NCBI GenBank assembly: GCA_004431415.1
Contig: QPMI01000483.1
Span: forward strand, 1 to 64,000
Direction of reading: 5' to 3'
Origin: Cyanophora paradoxa CCMP329
Lineage: Eukaryota; Plantae; Glaucophyta
Length of the DNA stretch: 64,000 nucleotides
The notes beneath the pieces were generated by a model. It was given only the letters and a program-made list of their open reading frames with translations. It was not told the DNA's origin and ran no database searches. This document shows, piece after piece, positions 21,018-31,514 of the stretch. Each line of letters begins with the position of its first letter. Positions within the stretch are counted from its first letter, which is position 1. Made by a program: the position numbers and the translations under genes.

Positions 21018-22826
21018 CGGCTCGTGTTAAATCGACCGAATACAGCATTAAACGTTCTGCGGTCGAACGGCAAGATCAAGAATATGTCGTGGAAAACGGC
21101 TGCAGGCGGGCCTATAAGTACGTTTGATCCGTGCCTGCACATCCAGGCTTCGCTCAAACAGGCCTGCAAGGATTACGGGTGCACGAATGTAAAGGGAGAT
21201 TTTGATCATAGCAAGATTAAAACGTGGGAGGACGTTGAGCGTTTTAAATCTGAATGGGAGCCGTACGTGGAAGACGACGTCAAGGCAATGACAGAGCTGT
21301 ACATTAAATATTCGACAGCAGTCTTTGATCTGTACGGCTTAAACGTGAACACGACGCAAACAACCACAGCTTCGGCAATGGCGTTCCAGATTCATCGGCA
21401 GACTTTGATCAATCCGATTTCGCTGCCGACCTACAAGGATGATCAGGTGCTGCGCCAAGCAATATATGGTGGTCAGTGTCTCCCATTTAAACGCAAATTC
21501 GTCTCATCGGGCCCGGATGATTATTTAGTCGACCTGGATGTTGTAAGCTTGTATCCGACGGCTATGTACGAGAATTGGTTTCCGACTGGTAAGTACAAGC
21601 ATATTACGTCGCCCGATGCACTGGACAGATTCTGCAAATTTGTCCAATCGAGTCAGCGTTCGCTGATGTTTATAGCGTGCGTGGACGTGACAATTCCGCA
21701 AAATCTGCTGCTCTCTCCGCTGCCGCGGCATGAATCAAACCTAGGCTGGTCTAATCTCAAGCCAATTGAGCGTGGTTGGTATACGTCAGTCGATATTAAT
21801 CGTGCAATTAAACTGGGATGCGAGGTGACGAAGGTGCATGAGGTATACCTGTTTGATGGTAAAGATCAGATGTTTAAGACCTACATGGAGCGGATGTACT
21901 GCCAGAAAGCTAGATCTCGCAAGGGAACAGCTCAGTATGCAACATCAAAGATTTCCATGAATGGCCTTTACGGTAAGTATTGCCAGCGGCCTGTGATCAC
22001 AACCTCGGATCTGGTGACATCATACAAGCGATTTCGAGAAATTCAGCGATCAGCGCAGATCACAGACATTTCAATTGAGTCAGACACGCGGATGTTTGTC
22101 ACGTACGAGATTGAGGACTCCAAGCGTGATAGAGCTGTCACTAAACCGTGCTTTATTGGTGCATTCATTCTGTCATATTCGCGGGAGATCATGGACAGAT
22201 TTCTGGTTGAAATAGGCGCATACTGGAGCATTGATGCAATGCCGTTTTATACTGATACGGACTCTTTGATTGTCCATCGAAAATACGCTGATCTGCTGCG
22301 GGCGAAAGGGTATATGAAGCCAGCATATGATATAGCGACGGCAACAGATGCGGACATTTGCAGGCAGGAATTAGGGAAACTTGACTGCGATATAAAAGGG
22401 CGGATTGTGGAAGCGTACTTCATTGGGCCGAAGCTTTATACGTGTTCATTTGTACGTGACAGCGATGCGCAGCTTGATCTGCATGTACGCGCAAAGGGGA
22501 TTCCGCAATCGTGGATCCAGGAGCAGTGGCTGCCAGATGAATCAGAAGCGAGGAAGGAATCCATAGCGAATAGGATTGCTCTTGATGCTTACAACCGCAT
22601 GCTGGAGGACACGACGTATCAACCTCAGTGCATGATTGATGGTAAGCTAGCGCGTGTTTATAGGCCAAACGGGCGTCAGCGGGACAGTGGAATCGGCTTC
22701 AGTTCGATTATTCAGATACCATTTGCGCGGCAACTCAACAAGTCGCAGTATACAAAGCGCAAGATAATTCCAGACGAGTATTATAGTAGTGTTCCTCATG
22801 AGTACCGAGCAAGCGAGTCGAATTAA
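21018..22826 (+). CDS. polB: pPolB C-terminal part, duplicate 1
   Basis: YGG, DVVSLYPTAM (motif A), KISMNGLYGK (motif B), YTDTDS (motif C), GPKLY, AKGI. Confidence 0.95.
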   Translation, partial: RLVLNRPNTALNVLRSNGKIKNMSWKTAAGGPISTFDPCLHIQASLKQACKDYGCTNVKGDFDHSKIKTWEDVERFKSEWEPYVEDDVKAMTELYIKYSTAVFDLYGLNVNTTQTTTASAMAFQIHRQTLINPISLPTYKDDQVLRQAIYGGQCLPFKRKFVSSGPDDYLVDLDVVSLYPTAMYENWFPTGKYKHITSPDALDRFCKFVQSSQRSLMFIACVDVTIPQNLLLSPLPRHESNLGWSNLKPIERGWYTSVDINRAIKLGCEVTKVHEVYLFDGKDQMFKTYMERMYCQKARSRKGTAQYATSKISMNGLYGKYCQRPVITTSDLVTSYKRFREIQRSAQITDISIESDTRMFVTYEIEDSKRDRAVTKPCFIGAFILSYSREIMDRFLVEIGAYWSIDAMPFYTDTDSLIVHRKYADLLRAKGYMKPAYDIATATDADICRQELGKLDCDIKGRIVEAYFIGPKLYTCSFVRDSDAQLDLHVRAKGIPQSWIQEQWLPDESEARKESIANRIALDAYNRMLEDTTYQPQCMIDGKLARVYRPNGRQRDSGIGFSSIIQIPFARQLNKSQYTKRKIIPDEYYSSVPHEYRASESN

Positions 22827-23939
22827 ACAAGCTTATTATGATCCTGAAACTGGTTTTCAGTCTGCAGCACGGTTAGCTAAGCGGCTCAATCTGCCGCTCT
22901 CAAAAGTGCAGGACGTGCTTTCAAAATTAACGACGGCACAGCGTTTTGCGAAAAGTGTAAGGGAAAAGCCGTCCACCAGCATTATTTACGAGGAGCCCGA
23001 AAAGTATTACGAAGTTGATTTGATTGATGTCACCCGTATGCAAGATCAAATCGAGGGATTACATTTATTATGAACGGAATAGATGTGACGACGCGCAAAG
23101 CGTATAGCATCCCTATGAAGACGAAATCGGAAAGCACTCTGCTAGCCAGTTTGAAGAAATTGATTGATGAACTGCCCTCGAAGCCGGACGTCATTCAGAC
23201 CGATCAGGAGTTTAAGGGAACCGCAGCAGCAATGCTGGCGAGTATGGGAATCAAGCATAATGCAGTGGAGGCGCATCGCCCGCAAGCAAACGGCAAAATA
23301 GAAAGATTTAATGGTACGCTTAAGCGCATCATTGCGAAGTACATGGATGCGTACAACACGGACAGATATATCGATAAGCTGCCTGCTTTTTTGCGCAACT
23401 ATAATTCATCAGAGCATAGGTCGATCGGTACGTCGCCGAACGCTGCAGCAGAAAATCCGAAGGAGACATTTGCACGCAACGACTACCAGAGAGAAGCGTA
23501 CGAGCAACAGCACTACTTTGCACAGGCCGAATTGAAAGTAGGCGATCGCGTGCGGGTGCAGCTAGAGAGAAAACGTTTCGACAAATCTTCAAAGCCGACG
23601 TATTCAAAAGAAATCTATACGATCACGGAGATAGGTGGCTTTGGGCCGCTGCTCAAATTTACGCTTTCGGGCTACGACAAAGCCGTGACCTACCAGCGAC
23701 TTTTGAAAGTAGCGGCAGATTCAGAGGAACGTCATGCTGGAGGAGCAGCACAGAGAGCAATGCAACGACGAAAGAAGGAGCTAAATCTGATGCGAGAGAA
23801 GTTAGATCGAGCGGACATAGAAAAAAATAAGAAGCTCCTTCGCCTTCAAAAGCAACTTGCGACAGCTGGAACTGTCAAGTTAAATCCTGGTGGAATATTA
23901 GAGAGAACAAAGACCAGAAGGGCAGTCAAAGAGCTATAA
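22798..23939 (+). pseudogene. rve integrase, duplicate 1, with a 1-bp frameshift near 23034
   Basis: CCC here versus CCCC in the intact copy at 27730-28872. Confidence 0.8.
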
Positions 23940-23943
23940 CAAC

Positions 23944-24201
23944 TCATTGTTGGAGAGACTCTAGCAGCGCTAACTTTTCGTAAATTCGATTGCGATAGCG
24001 GCGATTTGCCTCTAAGTGATTCTCACTGTTATTGCGTTGATATTTCAAACTGGCTTCGATGTGACGTCGCCGGTAATCAGGATCTTCATTGTACCTACGC
24101 CGATGGTTCTCTGCACGCTTTGCTTTTCGTGCCGCAGCAATTTCAGGGGTGACAACAATTGGCTTACGCCCAGAACGCTTTGGCGATGATTCAGCATCCA
24201 T
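23944..24201 (-). CDS. Small basic Arg/Lys-rich protein, 85 aa; duplicate at 28877-29134
   Basis: ORF with an A-rich leader; composition suggests nucleic-acid binding. Confidence 0.6.
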   Translation of the reverse strand: MDAESSPKRSGRKPIVVTPEIAAARKAKRAENHRRRYNEDPDYRRRHIEASLKYQRNNSENHLEANRRYRNRIYEKLALLESLQQ

Positions 24202-24310
24202 TTCTTTGGTTTTTTCGTCACAAACAAGGTGCGAAATCTTTTTATGGCATAAATCGCAGGTTTGTGTTGCGCTAAATTGCGAACATAAAATCCGAGATAT
24301 AATTCAAATA

Positions 24311-24568
24311 ATGCCAGGAACAATTCGATTTGGGAAGTACCGCGGTGAAACTCATCTTAAAGTAGTTTTTAGCGACCCAAAATATGCTGAATGGTTATTG
24401 TCTTTGCCGCATCTCCGTGAATACGATAAAAGACAATTGCAGCGTGCTTTTGAAATTTGTCAATCGAAAGATCTGGCAACAGTAAACGGGATGCTTGAGT
24501 ATGTAGAGCGAGAGAGGAAACCTACTGTGGAGGATCTTCCGGATTTGCCAGATTTTGACTTGTCTTAA
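24311..24568 (+). CDS. Small protein with FGKYRG...DPKYAEW motif (ExoX-like C-terminal / DUF3820-like); duplicate at 29245-29502
   Basis: MPGTIRFGKYRGETHLKVVFSDPKYAEWLL. Confidence 0.6.
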   Translation: MPGTIRFGKYRGETHLKVVFSDPKYAEWLLSLPHLREYDKRQLQRAFEICQSKDLATVNGMLEYVERERKPTVEDLPDLPDFDLS

Positions 24569-24597
24569 AGAGATCTCAATCTCAGATTGTAAAGAAG

Positions 24598-25164
24598 ATG
24601 GAGACAATTCCAGATGTTCCTGAAGGTGTTGCTTTGATCCCGTTAATAGGCATTCGCAATCGACGCAAAGTCATCGTTGCTTATGCTCTTGTTTCACAGG
24701 AAGATGCTGATAGGGTGCTTGGATTTCGCTGGAGTTTACATAATGGATACGCCAGAACCACGATCAATAGAAAGACTGTGTTTATGCATAATTTCATCAG
24801 CGGTGAGTTGAAGAACGGTTTAACTATCGATCATATTAATAATAACAAGCTTGACAATCATCGCGAGAACCTCCGGTTAGCAACAACACGCCAGCAGAAT
24901 TTGAATCGTGGACAGCAGCGCAATAACACATCAGGATTTATTGGAGTTACCTTCGATAAGCGACGTGGTAAATGGAGGGCACATTATCGGATAAATGGGC
25001 GTGAAAGGCACATCGGTTACTTCGCTGCTGCTGAAGCTGCAGCAAGAGCCCGTGATGCTTACGCTCTAGAACATACTTCAGCTGAGGACCGTCCATTCCT
25101 GCGTCTGAATTTCACAGACGAATCCTTCTCCCACCCATCGCATTCTTCATCTGTGAGCTCGTAG
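24598..25164 (+). CDS. HNH endonuclease with C-terminal AP2 DNA-binding domain, duplicate 1
   Basis: IDHINNNKLDNHRENLR (HNH) plus NNTSGFIGV...KWRA...HIGYF...AARARD (AP2). Confidence 0.9.
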   Translation: METIPDVPEGVALIPLIGIRNRRKVIVAYALVSQEDADRVLGFRWSLHNGYARTTINRKTVFMHNFISGELKNGLTIDHINNNKLDNHRENLRLATTRQQNLNRGQQRNNTSGFIGVTFDKRRGKWRAHYRINGRERHIGYFAAAEAAARARDAYALEHTSAEDRPFLRLNFTDESFSHPSHSSSVSS

Positions 25165-25750
25165 AATTTGGCTCAGAAATATTGGGAGTAGCTGGCTTTA
25201 CAGCTGCATAATCAAGAGCTTGTGAAGCTTTTTCTTTTTCGTTTTTTAAATACCGCAAATCAGGTGCATCCATCACTCTTGTCTTAAACATTTCGCTTCG
25301 CAACATCTCACGAATTTTAGCTCTCTCTTGCTTGTCTTTTACGTAGCTCTCGATATTAGCCGACCTCGCTTCTAGATCACGCAATTTAGCAGCTAGTTCG
25401 TCAAACTGCGTCTTTGAAACCGATGCTGTCTTGATTTTTGGACCGGAGTATCTAGGCTCAGACGCCATGGCTTGGATAATTCTAGCAGCATCATCATCGA
25501 TATCAGACTGCATTTCCGTAACGGTTTTAGCCTGGGCGTGACGGTCATCGGTTGCACTGGCATTAGCAGCTGCGGAGGCAATCGTTTTAGCTACAGGTGC
25601 ATTTAGACGGGGGTCACTAGCTAGCTCACCGCTAGGATCAGCAACAGCTGCGCCCTCAGTTGAGCCGCTTTCAATCAGTGGAGCATTTGGCTCTATAGGA
25701 TTAATCTTGCGTCGTTCGCGATAACCCTTTTTAGGAATGCCTCTGCCCAT
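25112..25750 (-). CDS. 212-aa protein of unknown function (basic N-terminus, coiled coil), duplicate 1
   Basis: ORF present in all copies, immediately downstream of the ATPase. Confidence 0.65.
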   Translation of the reverse strand: MGRGIPKKGYRERRKINPIEPNAPLIESGSTEGAAVADPSGELASDPRLNAPVAKTIASAAANASATDDRHAQAKTVTEMQSDIDDDAARIIQAMASEPRYSGPKIKTASVSKTQFDELAAKLRDLEARSANIESYVKDKQERAKIREMLRSEMFKTRVMDAPDLRYLKNEKEKASQALDYAAVKPATPNISEPNSTSSQMKNAMGGRRIRL

Positions 25751-25949
25751 CTTATTTTCTTATGGTAAGATTTTAAAACGCTTCTTTTTAGAGACAACAG
25801 GCGATGACTCTTCGGTCTTAGGGCGCAAGTCTTCTTCGTCTTTTTGTCTTAGCCATTTAGAGAAGCGAGAACTCTTATCTTCAATGGCTTTGTCAACGTA
25901 CCAGGCCGTATCATACGGGGCCGTCTGCGACATGCGAAACAGCTCCTTA

Positions 25950-27758
25950 CGGCTCGTGTTAAATCGACCGAATACAGCATTAAACGTTCTGCGGTCGAAC
26001 GGCAAGATCAAGAATATGTCGTGGAAAACGGCTGCAGGCGGGCCTATAAGTACGTTTGATCCGTGCCTGCACATCCAGGCTTCGCTCAAACAGGCCTGCA
26101 AGGATTACGGGTGCACGAATGTAAAGGGAGATTTTGATCATAGCAAGATTAAAACGTGGGAGGACGTTGAGCGTTTTAAATCTGAATGGGAGCCGTACGT
26201 GGAAGACGACGTCAAGGCAATGACAGAGCTGTACATTAAATATTCGACAGCAGTCTTTGATCTGTACGGCTTAAACGTGAACACGACGCAAACAACCACA
26301 GCTTCGGCAATGGCGTTCCAGATTCATCGGCAGACTTTGATCAATCCGATTTCGCTGCCGACCTACAAGGATGATCAGGTGCTGCGCCAAGCAATATATG
26401 GTGGTCAGTGTCTCCCATTTAAACGCAAATTCGTCTCATCGGGCCCGGATGATTATTTAGTCGACCTGGATGTTGTAAGCTTGTATCCGACGGCTATGTA
26501 CGAGAATTGGTTTCCGACTGGTAAGTACAAGCATATTACGTCGCCCGATGCACTGGACAGATTCTGCAAATTTGTCCAATCGAGTCAGCGTTCGCTGATG
26601 TTTATAGCGTGCGTGGACGTGACAATTCCGCAAAATCTGCTGCTCTCTCCGCTGCCGCGGCATGAATCAAACCTAGGCTGGTCTAATCTCAAGCCAATTG
26701 AGCGTGGTTGGTATACGTCAGTCGATATTAATCGTGCAATTAAACTGGGATGCGAGGTGACGAAGGTGCATGAGGTATACCTGTTTGATGGTAAAGATCA
26801 GATGTTTAAGACCTACATGGAGCGGATGTACTGCCAGAAAGCTAGATCTCGCAAGGGAACAGCTCAGTATGCAACATCAAAGATTTCCATGAATGGCCTT
26901 TACGGTAAGTATTGCCAGCGGCCTGTGATCACAACCTCGGATCTGGTGACATCATACAAGCGATTTCGAGAAATTCAGCGATCAGCGCAGATCACAGACA
27001 TTTCAATTGAGTCAGACACGCGGATGTTTGTCACGTACGAGATTGAGGACTCCAAGCGTGATAGAGCTGTCACTAAACCGTGCTTTATTGGTGCATTCAT
27101 TCTGTCATATTCGCGGGAGATCATGGACAGATTTCTGGTTGAAATAGGCGCATACTGGAGCATTGATGCAATGCCGTTTTATACTGATACGGACTCTTTG
27201 ATTGTCCATCGAAAATACGCTGATCTGCTGCGGGCGAAAGGGTATATGAAGCCAGCATATGATATAGCGACGGCAACAGATGCGGACATTTGCAGGCAGG
27301 AATTAGGGAAACTTGACTGCGATATAAAAGGGCGGATTGTGGAAGCGTACTTCATTGGGCCGAAGCTTTATACGTGTTCATTTGTACGTGACAGCGATGC
27401 GCAGCTTGATCTGCATGTACGCGCAAAGGGGATTCCGCAATCGTGGATCCAGGAGCAGTGGCTGCCAGATGAATCAGAAGCGAGGAAGGAATCCATAGCG
27501 AATAGGATTGCTCTTGATGCTTACAACCGCATGCTGGAGGACACGACGTATCAACCTCAGTGCATGATTGATGGTAAGCTAGCGCGTGTTTATAGGCCAA
27601 ACGGGCGTCAGCGGGACAGTGGAATCGGCTTCAGTTCGATTATTCAGATACCATTTGCGCGGCAACTCAACAAGTCGCAGTATACAAAGCGCAAGATAAT
27701 TCCAGACGAGTATTATAGTAGTGTTCCTCATGAGTACCGAGCAAGCGAGTCGAATTAA
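25950..27758 (+). CDS. polB: pPolB C-terminal part, duplicate 2
   Basis: Same translation as 21018-22826. Confidence 0.9.
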   Translation, partial: RLVLNRPNTALNVLRSNGKIKNMSWKTAAGGPISTFDPCLHIQASLKQACKDYGCTNVKGDFDHSKIKTWEDVERFKSEWEPYVEDDVKAMTELYIKYSTAVFDLYGLNVNTTQTTTASAMAFQIHRQTLINPISLPTYKDDQVLRQAIYGGQCLPFKRKFVSSGPDDYLVDLDVVSLYPTAMYENWFPTGKYKHITSPDALDRFCKFVQSSQRSLMFIACVDVTIPQNLLLSPLPRHESNLGWSNLKPIERGWYTSVDINRAIKLGCEVTKVHEVYLFDGKDQMFKTYMERMYCQKARSRKGTAQYATSKISMNGLYGKYCQRPVITTSDLVTSYKRFREIQRSAQITDISIESDTRMFVTYEIEDSKRDRAVTKPCFIGAFILSYSREIMDRFLVEIGAYWSIDAMPFYTDTDSLIVHRKYADLLRAKGYMKPAYDIATATDADICRQELGKLDCDIKGRIVEAYFIGPKLYTCSFVRDSDAQLDLHVRAKGIPQSWIQEQWLPDESEARKESIANRIALDAYNRMLEDTTYQPQCMIDGKLARVYRPNGRQRDSGIGFSSIIQIPFARQLNKSQYTKRKIIPDEYYSSVPHEYRASESN

Positions 27759-28872
27759 ACAAGCTTATTATGATCCTGAAACTGGTTTTCAGTCTGCAGC
27801 ACGGTTAGCTAAGCGGCTCAATCTGCCGCTCTCAAAAGTGCAGGACGTGCTTTCAAAATTAACGACGGCACAGCGTTTTGCGAAAAGTGTAAGGGAAAAG
27901 CCGTCCACCAGCATTATTTACGAGGAGCCCGAAAAGTATTACGAAGTTGATTTGATTGATGTCACCCCGTATGCAAGATCAAATCGAGGGATTACATTTA
28001 TTATGAACGGAATAGATGTGACGACGCGCAAAGCGTATAGCATCCCTATGAAGACGAAATCGGAAAGCACTCTGCTAGCCAGTTTGAAGAAATTGATTGA
28101 TGAACTGCCCTCGAAGCCGGACGTCATTCAGACCGATCAGGAGTTTAAGGGAACCGCAGCAGCAATGCTGGCGAGTATGGGAATCAAGCATAATGCAGTG
28201 GAGGCGCATCGCCCGCAAGCAAACGGCAAAATAGAAAGATTTAATGGTACGCTTAAGCGCATCATTGCGAAGTACATGGATGCGTACAACACGGACAGAT
28301 ATATCGATAAGCTGCCTGCTTTTTTGCGCAACTATAATTCATCAGAGCATAGGTCGATCGGTACGTCGCCGAACGCTGCAGCAGAAAATCCGAAGGAGAC
28401 ATTTGCACGCAACGACTACCAGAGAGAAGCGTACGAGCAACAGCACTACTTTGCACAGGCCGAATTGAAAGTAGGCGATCGCGTGCGGGTGCAGCTAGAG
28501 AGAAAACGTTTCGACAAATCTTCAAAGCCGACGTATTCAAAAGAAATCTATACGATCACGGAGATAGGTGGCTTTGGGCCGCTGCTCAAATTTACGCTTT
28601 CGGGCTACGACAAAGCCGTGACCTACCAGCGACTTTTGAAAGTAGCGGCAGATTCAGAGGAACGTCATGCTGGAGGAGCAGCACAGAGAGCAATGCAACG
28701 ACGAAAGAAGGAGCTAAATCTGATGCGAGAGAAGTTAGATCGAGCGGACATAGAAAAAAATAAGAAGCTCCTTCGCCTTCAAAAGCAACTTGCGACAGCT
28801 GGAACTGTCAAGTTAAATCCTGGTGGAATATTAGAGAGAACAAAGACCAGAAGGGCAGTCAAAGAGCTATAA
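27730..28872 (+). CDS. Retroviral-like (rve) DDE integrase, intact, 380 aa
   Basis: YEVDLID (D), IQTDQEF (D), ANGKIERFNGTLK (E), YN..H.SIG.SP, and SH3-like KVGDRVRV. Start overlaps the pPolB stop. Confidence 0.92.
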   Translation: MSTEQASRIKQAYYDPETGFQSAARLAKRLNLPLSKVQDVLSKLTTAQRFAKSVREKPSTSIIYEEPEKYYEVDLIDVTPYARSNRGITFIMNGIDVTTRKAYSIPMKTKSESTLLASLKKLIDELPSKPDVIQTDQEFKGTAAAMLASMGIKHNAVEAHRPQANGKIERFNGTLKRIIAKYMDAYNTDRYIDKLPAFLRNYNSSEHRSIGTSPNAAAENPKETFARNDYQREAYEQQHYFAQAELKVGDRVRVQLERKRFDKSSKPTYSKEIYTITEIGGFGPLLKFTLSGYDKAVTYQRLLKVAADSEERHAGGAAQRAMQRRKKELNLMREKLDRADIEKNKKLLRLQKQLATAGTVKLNPGGILERTKTRRAVKEL

Positions 28873-29531
28873 CAACTCATTGTTGGAGAGACTCTAGCAG
28901 CGCTAACTTTTCGTAAATTCGATTGCGATAGCGGCGATTTGCCTCTAAGTGATTCTCACTGTTATTGCGTTGATATTTCAAACTGGCTTCGATGTGACGT
29001 CGCCGGTAATCAGGATCTTCATTGTACCTACGCCGATGGTTCTCTGCACGCTTTGCTTTTCGTGCCGCAGCAATTTCAGGGGTGACAACAATTGGCTTAC
29101 GCCCAGAACGCTTTGGCGATGATTCAGCATCCATTTCTTTGGTTTTTTTCGTCACAAACAAGGTGCGAAATCTTTTTATGGCATAAATCGCAGGTTTGTG
29201 TTGCGCTAAATTGCGAACATAAAATCCGAGATATAATTCAAATAATGCCAGGAACAATTCGATTTGGGAAGTACCGCGGTGAAACTCATCTTAAAGTAGT
29301 TTTTAGCGACCCAAAATATGCTGAATGGTTATTGTCTTTGCCGCATCTCCGTGAATACGATAAAAGACAATTGCAGCGTGCTTTTGAAATTTGTCAATCG
29401 AAAGATCTGGCAACAGTAAACGGGATGCTTGAGTATGTAGAGCGAGAGAGGAAACCTACTGTGGAGGATCTTCCGGATTTGCCAGATTTTGACTTGTCTT
29501 AAAGAGATCTCAATCTCAGATTGTAAAGAAG

Positions 29532-30098
29532 ATGGAGACAATTCCAGATGTTCCTGAAGGTGTTGCTTTGATCCCGTTAATAGGCATTCGCAATCGACGC
29601 AAAGTCATCGTTGCTTATGCTCTTGTTTCACAGGAAGATGCTGATAGGGTGCTTGGATTTCGCTGGAGTTTACATAATGGATACGCCAGAACCACGATCA
29701 ATAGAAAGACTGTGTTTATGCATAATTTCATCAGCGGTGAGTTGAAGAACGGTTTAACTATCGATCATATTAATAATAACAAGCTTGACAATCATCGCGA
29801 GAACCTCCGGTTAGCAACAACACGCCAGCAGAATTTGAATCGTGGACAGCAGCGCAATAACACATCAGGATTTATTGGAGTTACCTTCGATAAGCGACGT
29901 GGTAAATGGAGGGCACATTATCGGATAAATGGGCGTGAAAGGCACATCGGTTACTTCGCTGCTGCTGAAGCTGCAGCAAGAGCCCGTGATGCTTACGCTC
30001 TAGAACATACTTCAGCTGAGGACCGTCCATTCCTGCGTCTGAATTTCACAGACGAATCCTTCTCCCACCCATCGCATTCTTCATCTGTGAGCTCGTAG
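29532..30098 (+). CDS. HNH-AP2 endonuclease, duplicate 2
   Basis: Same translation as 24598-25164. Confidence 0.9.
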   Translation: METIPDVPEGVALIPLIGIRNRRKVIVAYALVSQEDADRVLGFRWSLHNGYARTTINRKTVFMHNFISGELKNGLTIDHINNNKLDNHRENLRLATTRQQNLNRGQQRNNTSGFIGVTFDKRRGKWRAHYRINGRERHIGYFAAAEAAARARDAYALEHTSAEDRPFLRLNFTDESFSHPSHSSSVSS

Positions 30099-30684
30099 AA
30101 TTTGGCTCAGAAATATTGGGAGTAGCTGGCTTTACAGCTGCATAATCAAGAGCTTGTGAAGCTTTTTCTTTTTCGTTTTTTAAATACCGCAAATCAGGTG
30201 CATCCATCACTCTTGTCTTAAACATTTCGCTTCGCAACATCTCACGAATTTTAGCTCTCTCTTGCTTGTCTTTTACGTAGCTCTCGATATTAGCCGACCT
30301 CGCTTCTAGATCACGCAATTTAGCAGCTAGTTCGTCAAACTGCGTCTTTGAAACCGATGCTGTCTTGATTTTTGGACCGGAGTATCTAGGCTCAGACGCC
30401 ATGGCTTGGATAATTCTAGCAGCATCATCATCGATATCAGACTGCATTTCCGTAACGGTTTTAGCCTGGGCGTGACGGTCATCGGTTGCACTGGCATTAG
30501 CAGCTGCGGAGGCAATCGTTTTAGCTACAGGTGCATTTAGACGGGGGTCACTAGCTAGCTCACCGCTAGGATCAGCAACAGCTGCGCCCTCAGTTGAGCC
30601 GCTTTCAATCAGTGGAGCATTTGGCTCTATAGGATTAATCTTGCGTCGTTCGCGATAACCCTTTTTAGGAATGCCTCTGCCCAT
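30046..30684 (-). CDS. 212-aa protein of unknown function, duplicate 2
   Basis: Same translation as 25112-25750. Confidence 0.65.
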   Translation of the reverse strand: MGRGIPKKGYRERRKINPIEPNAPLIESGSTEGAAVADPSGELASDPRLNAPVAKTIASAAANASATDDRHAQAKTVTEMQSDIDDDAARIIQAMASEPRYSGPKIKTASVSKTQFDELAAKLRDLEARSANIESYVKDKQERAKIREMLRSEMFKTRVMDAPDLRYLKNEKEKASQALDYAAVKPATPNISEPNSTSSQMKNAMGGRRIRL

Positions 30685-30693
30685 CTTATTTTC

Positions 30694-31509
30694 TTATGGT
30701 AAGATTTTAAAACGCTTCTTTTTAGAGACAACAGGCGATGACTCTTCGGTCTTAGGGCGCAAGTCTTCTTCGTCTTTTTGTCTTAGCCATTTAGAGAAGC
30801 GAGAACTCTTATCTTCAATGGCTTTGTCAACGTACCAGGCCGTATCATACTTGGTTCCATCCAGGACTAGGCACTGATAATCATGCGCCCAAGTCTCGAA
30901 CAAGGCGATGAACTTCTCTTTTGGGAGATGACTGAACTCTCTATAGATCGCCTCGAGCTCGGTATGATTAGAATAACTAAAGAAAAAGCAGTAATCGCTG
31001 TTTGATCTTATAGATTGACTAAGAGCTGTTAGCTTTTGCGTCATAAGAATCGTACTTATATTAAAATGGCGGCCCTGCGTAAAAAGTCGATTTACAGCCT
31101 TGCTGTTTCGCAGATCAACAGTTTCAGAGGCGGCCACTAGATCATCCAAGACGAGCAATATCTGCGGTGCTTTCTCTTTGTTTTCGATCAACTTTCGCTG
31201 CGAATCAATGATTTCTGCAACTATGGCGGGTTGAAAATCATCGTAAAGCTCTTTCGTTATTGCAGAATACTCGCCATTGAATTTTGTGGCCGTAAACACT
31301 ACGACGCGATTGATCTTTGGATACAGCAGCCGCAGCAGATGCTTTGTGCAATAGAACGATTTGCCGCTATTGGACTTCGAAATAAATAGGGCTTTGAAAG
31401 GGACCCTCATGTCTCCCGGCTGGAACTGTGCGAGCTCTTGAGACTGATCAATCAAAAAATTAACTACCGAGATTCGCAGGCGCAGCCAAGGCAGCTTGTC
31501 TGACGACAA
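30694..31509 (-). CDS. A32/FtsK-HerA-like genome packaging ATPase (start uncertain; first ATG at 31410)
   Basis: Walker A-like SKSNSGKS, Walker B ILLVLDD, QGRHFNISTILMTQ, IRSNSDY. Confidence 0.9.
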   Translation of the reverse strand: MSSDKLPWLRLRISVVNFLIDQSQELAQFQPGDMRVPFKALFISKSNSGKSFYCTKHLLRLLYPKINRVVVFTATKFNGEYSAITKELYDDFQPAIVAEIIDSQRKLIENKEKAPQILLVLDDLVAASETVDLRNSKAVNRLFTQGRHFNISTILMTQKLTALSQSIRSNSDYCFFFSYSNHTELEAIYREFSHLPKEKFIALFETWAHDYQCLVLDGTKYDTAWYVDKAIEDKSSRFSKWLRQKDEEDLRPKTEESSPVVSKKKRFKILP

Positions 31510-31514
31510 TTCGA

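Larger units (their letters stand above)
13696..21018. mobile_element. 7.3-kb GC-rich insertion into pPolB flanked by the 7-bp direct repeat GGCTCGT; no transposase recognised
   Basis: GGCTCGT at 13689-13695 and 21019-21025 in the same codon phase. Removal restores ...KWLVLNRPNTALNVLRSNGKI. Sharp GC shift at both ends. Confidence 0.8.
20984..30850 (+). repeat. Tandem duplication of about 4.93 kb (20984-25916 and 25916-30850)
   Basis: Identical ORF sets offset by 4932-4934. The junction TCATAC|GGGGCC fuses the ATPase 3' end to the last 35 bp of the insert. Confidence 0.95.

Noticed and set aside
13696-21018. The insert as an intein, self-splicing intron or Helitron
   Set aside because: An in-frame stop follows immediately, it carries spliceosomal-type genes on both strands, and it lacks Helitron TC...CTRR ends and a Rep/helicase.
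25737-25949. Novel N-terminal extension of the 673-aa pPolB ORF
   Set aside because: It is antisense ATPase sequence plus the insert end, fused by the duplication junction.
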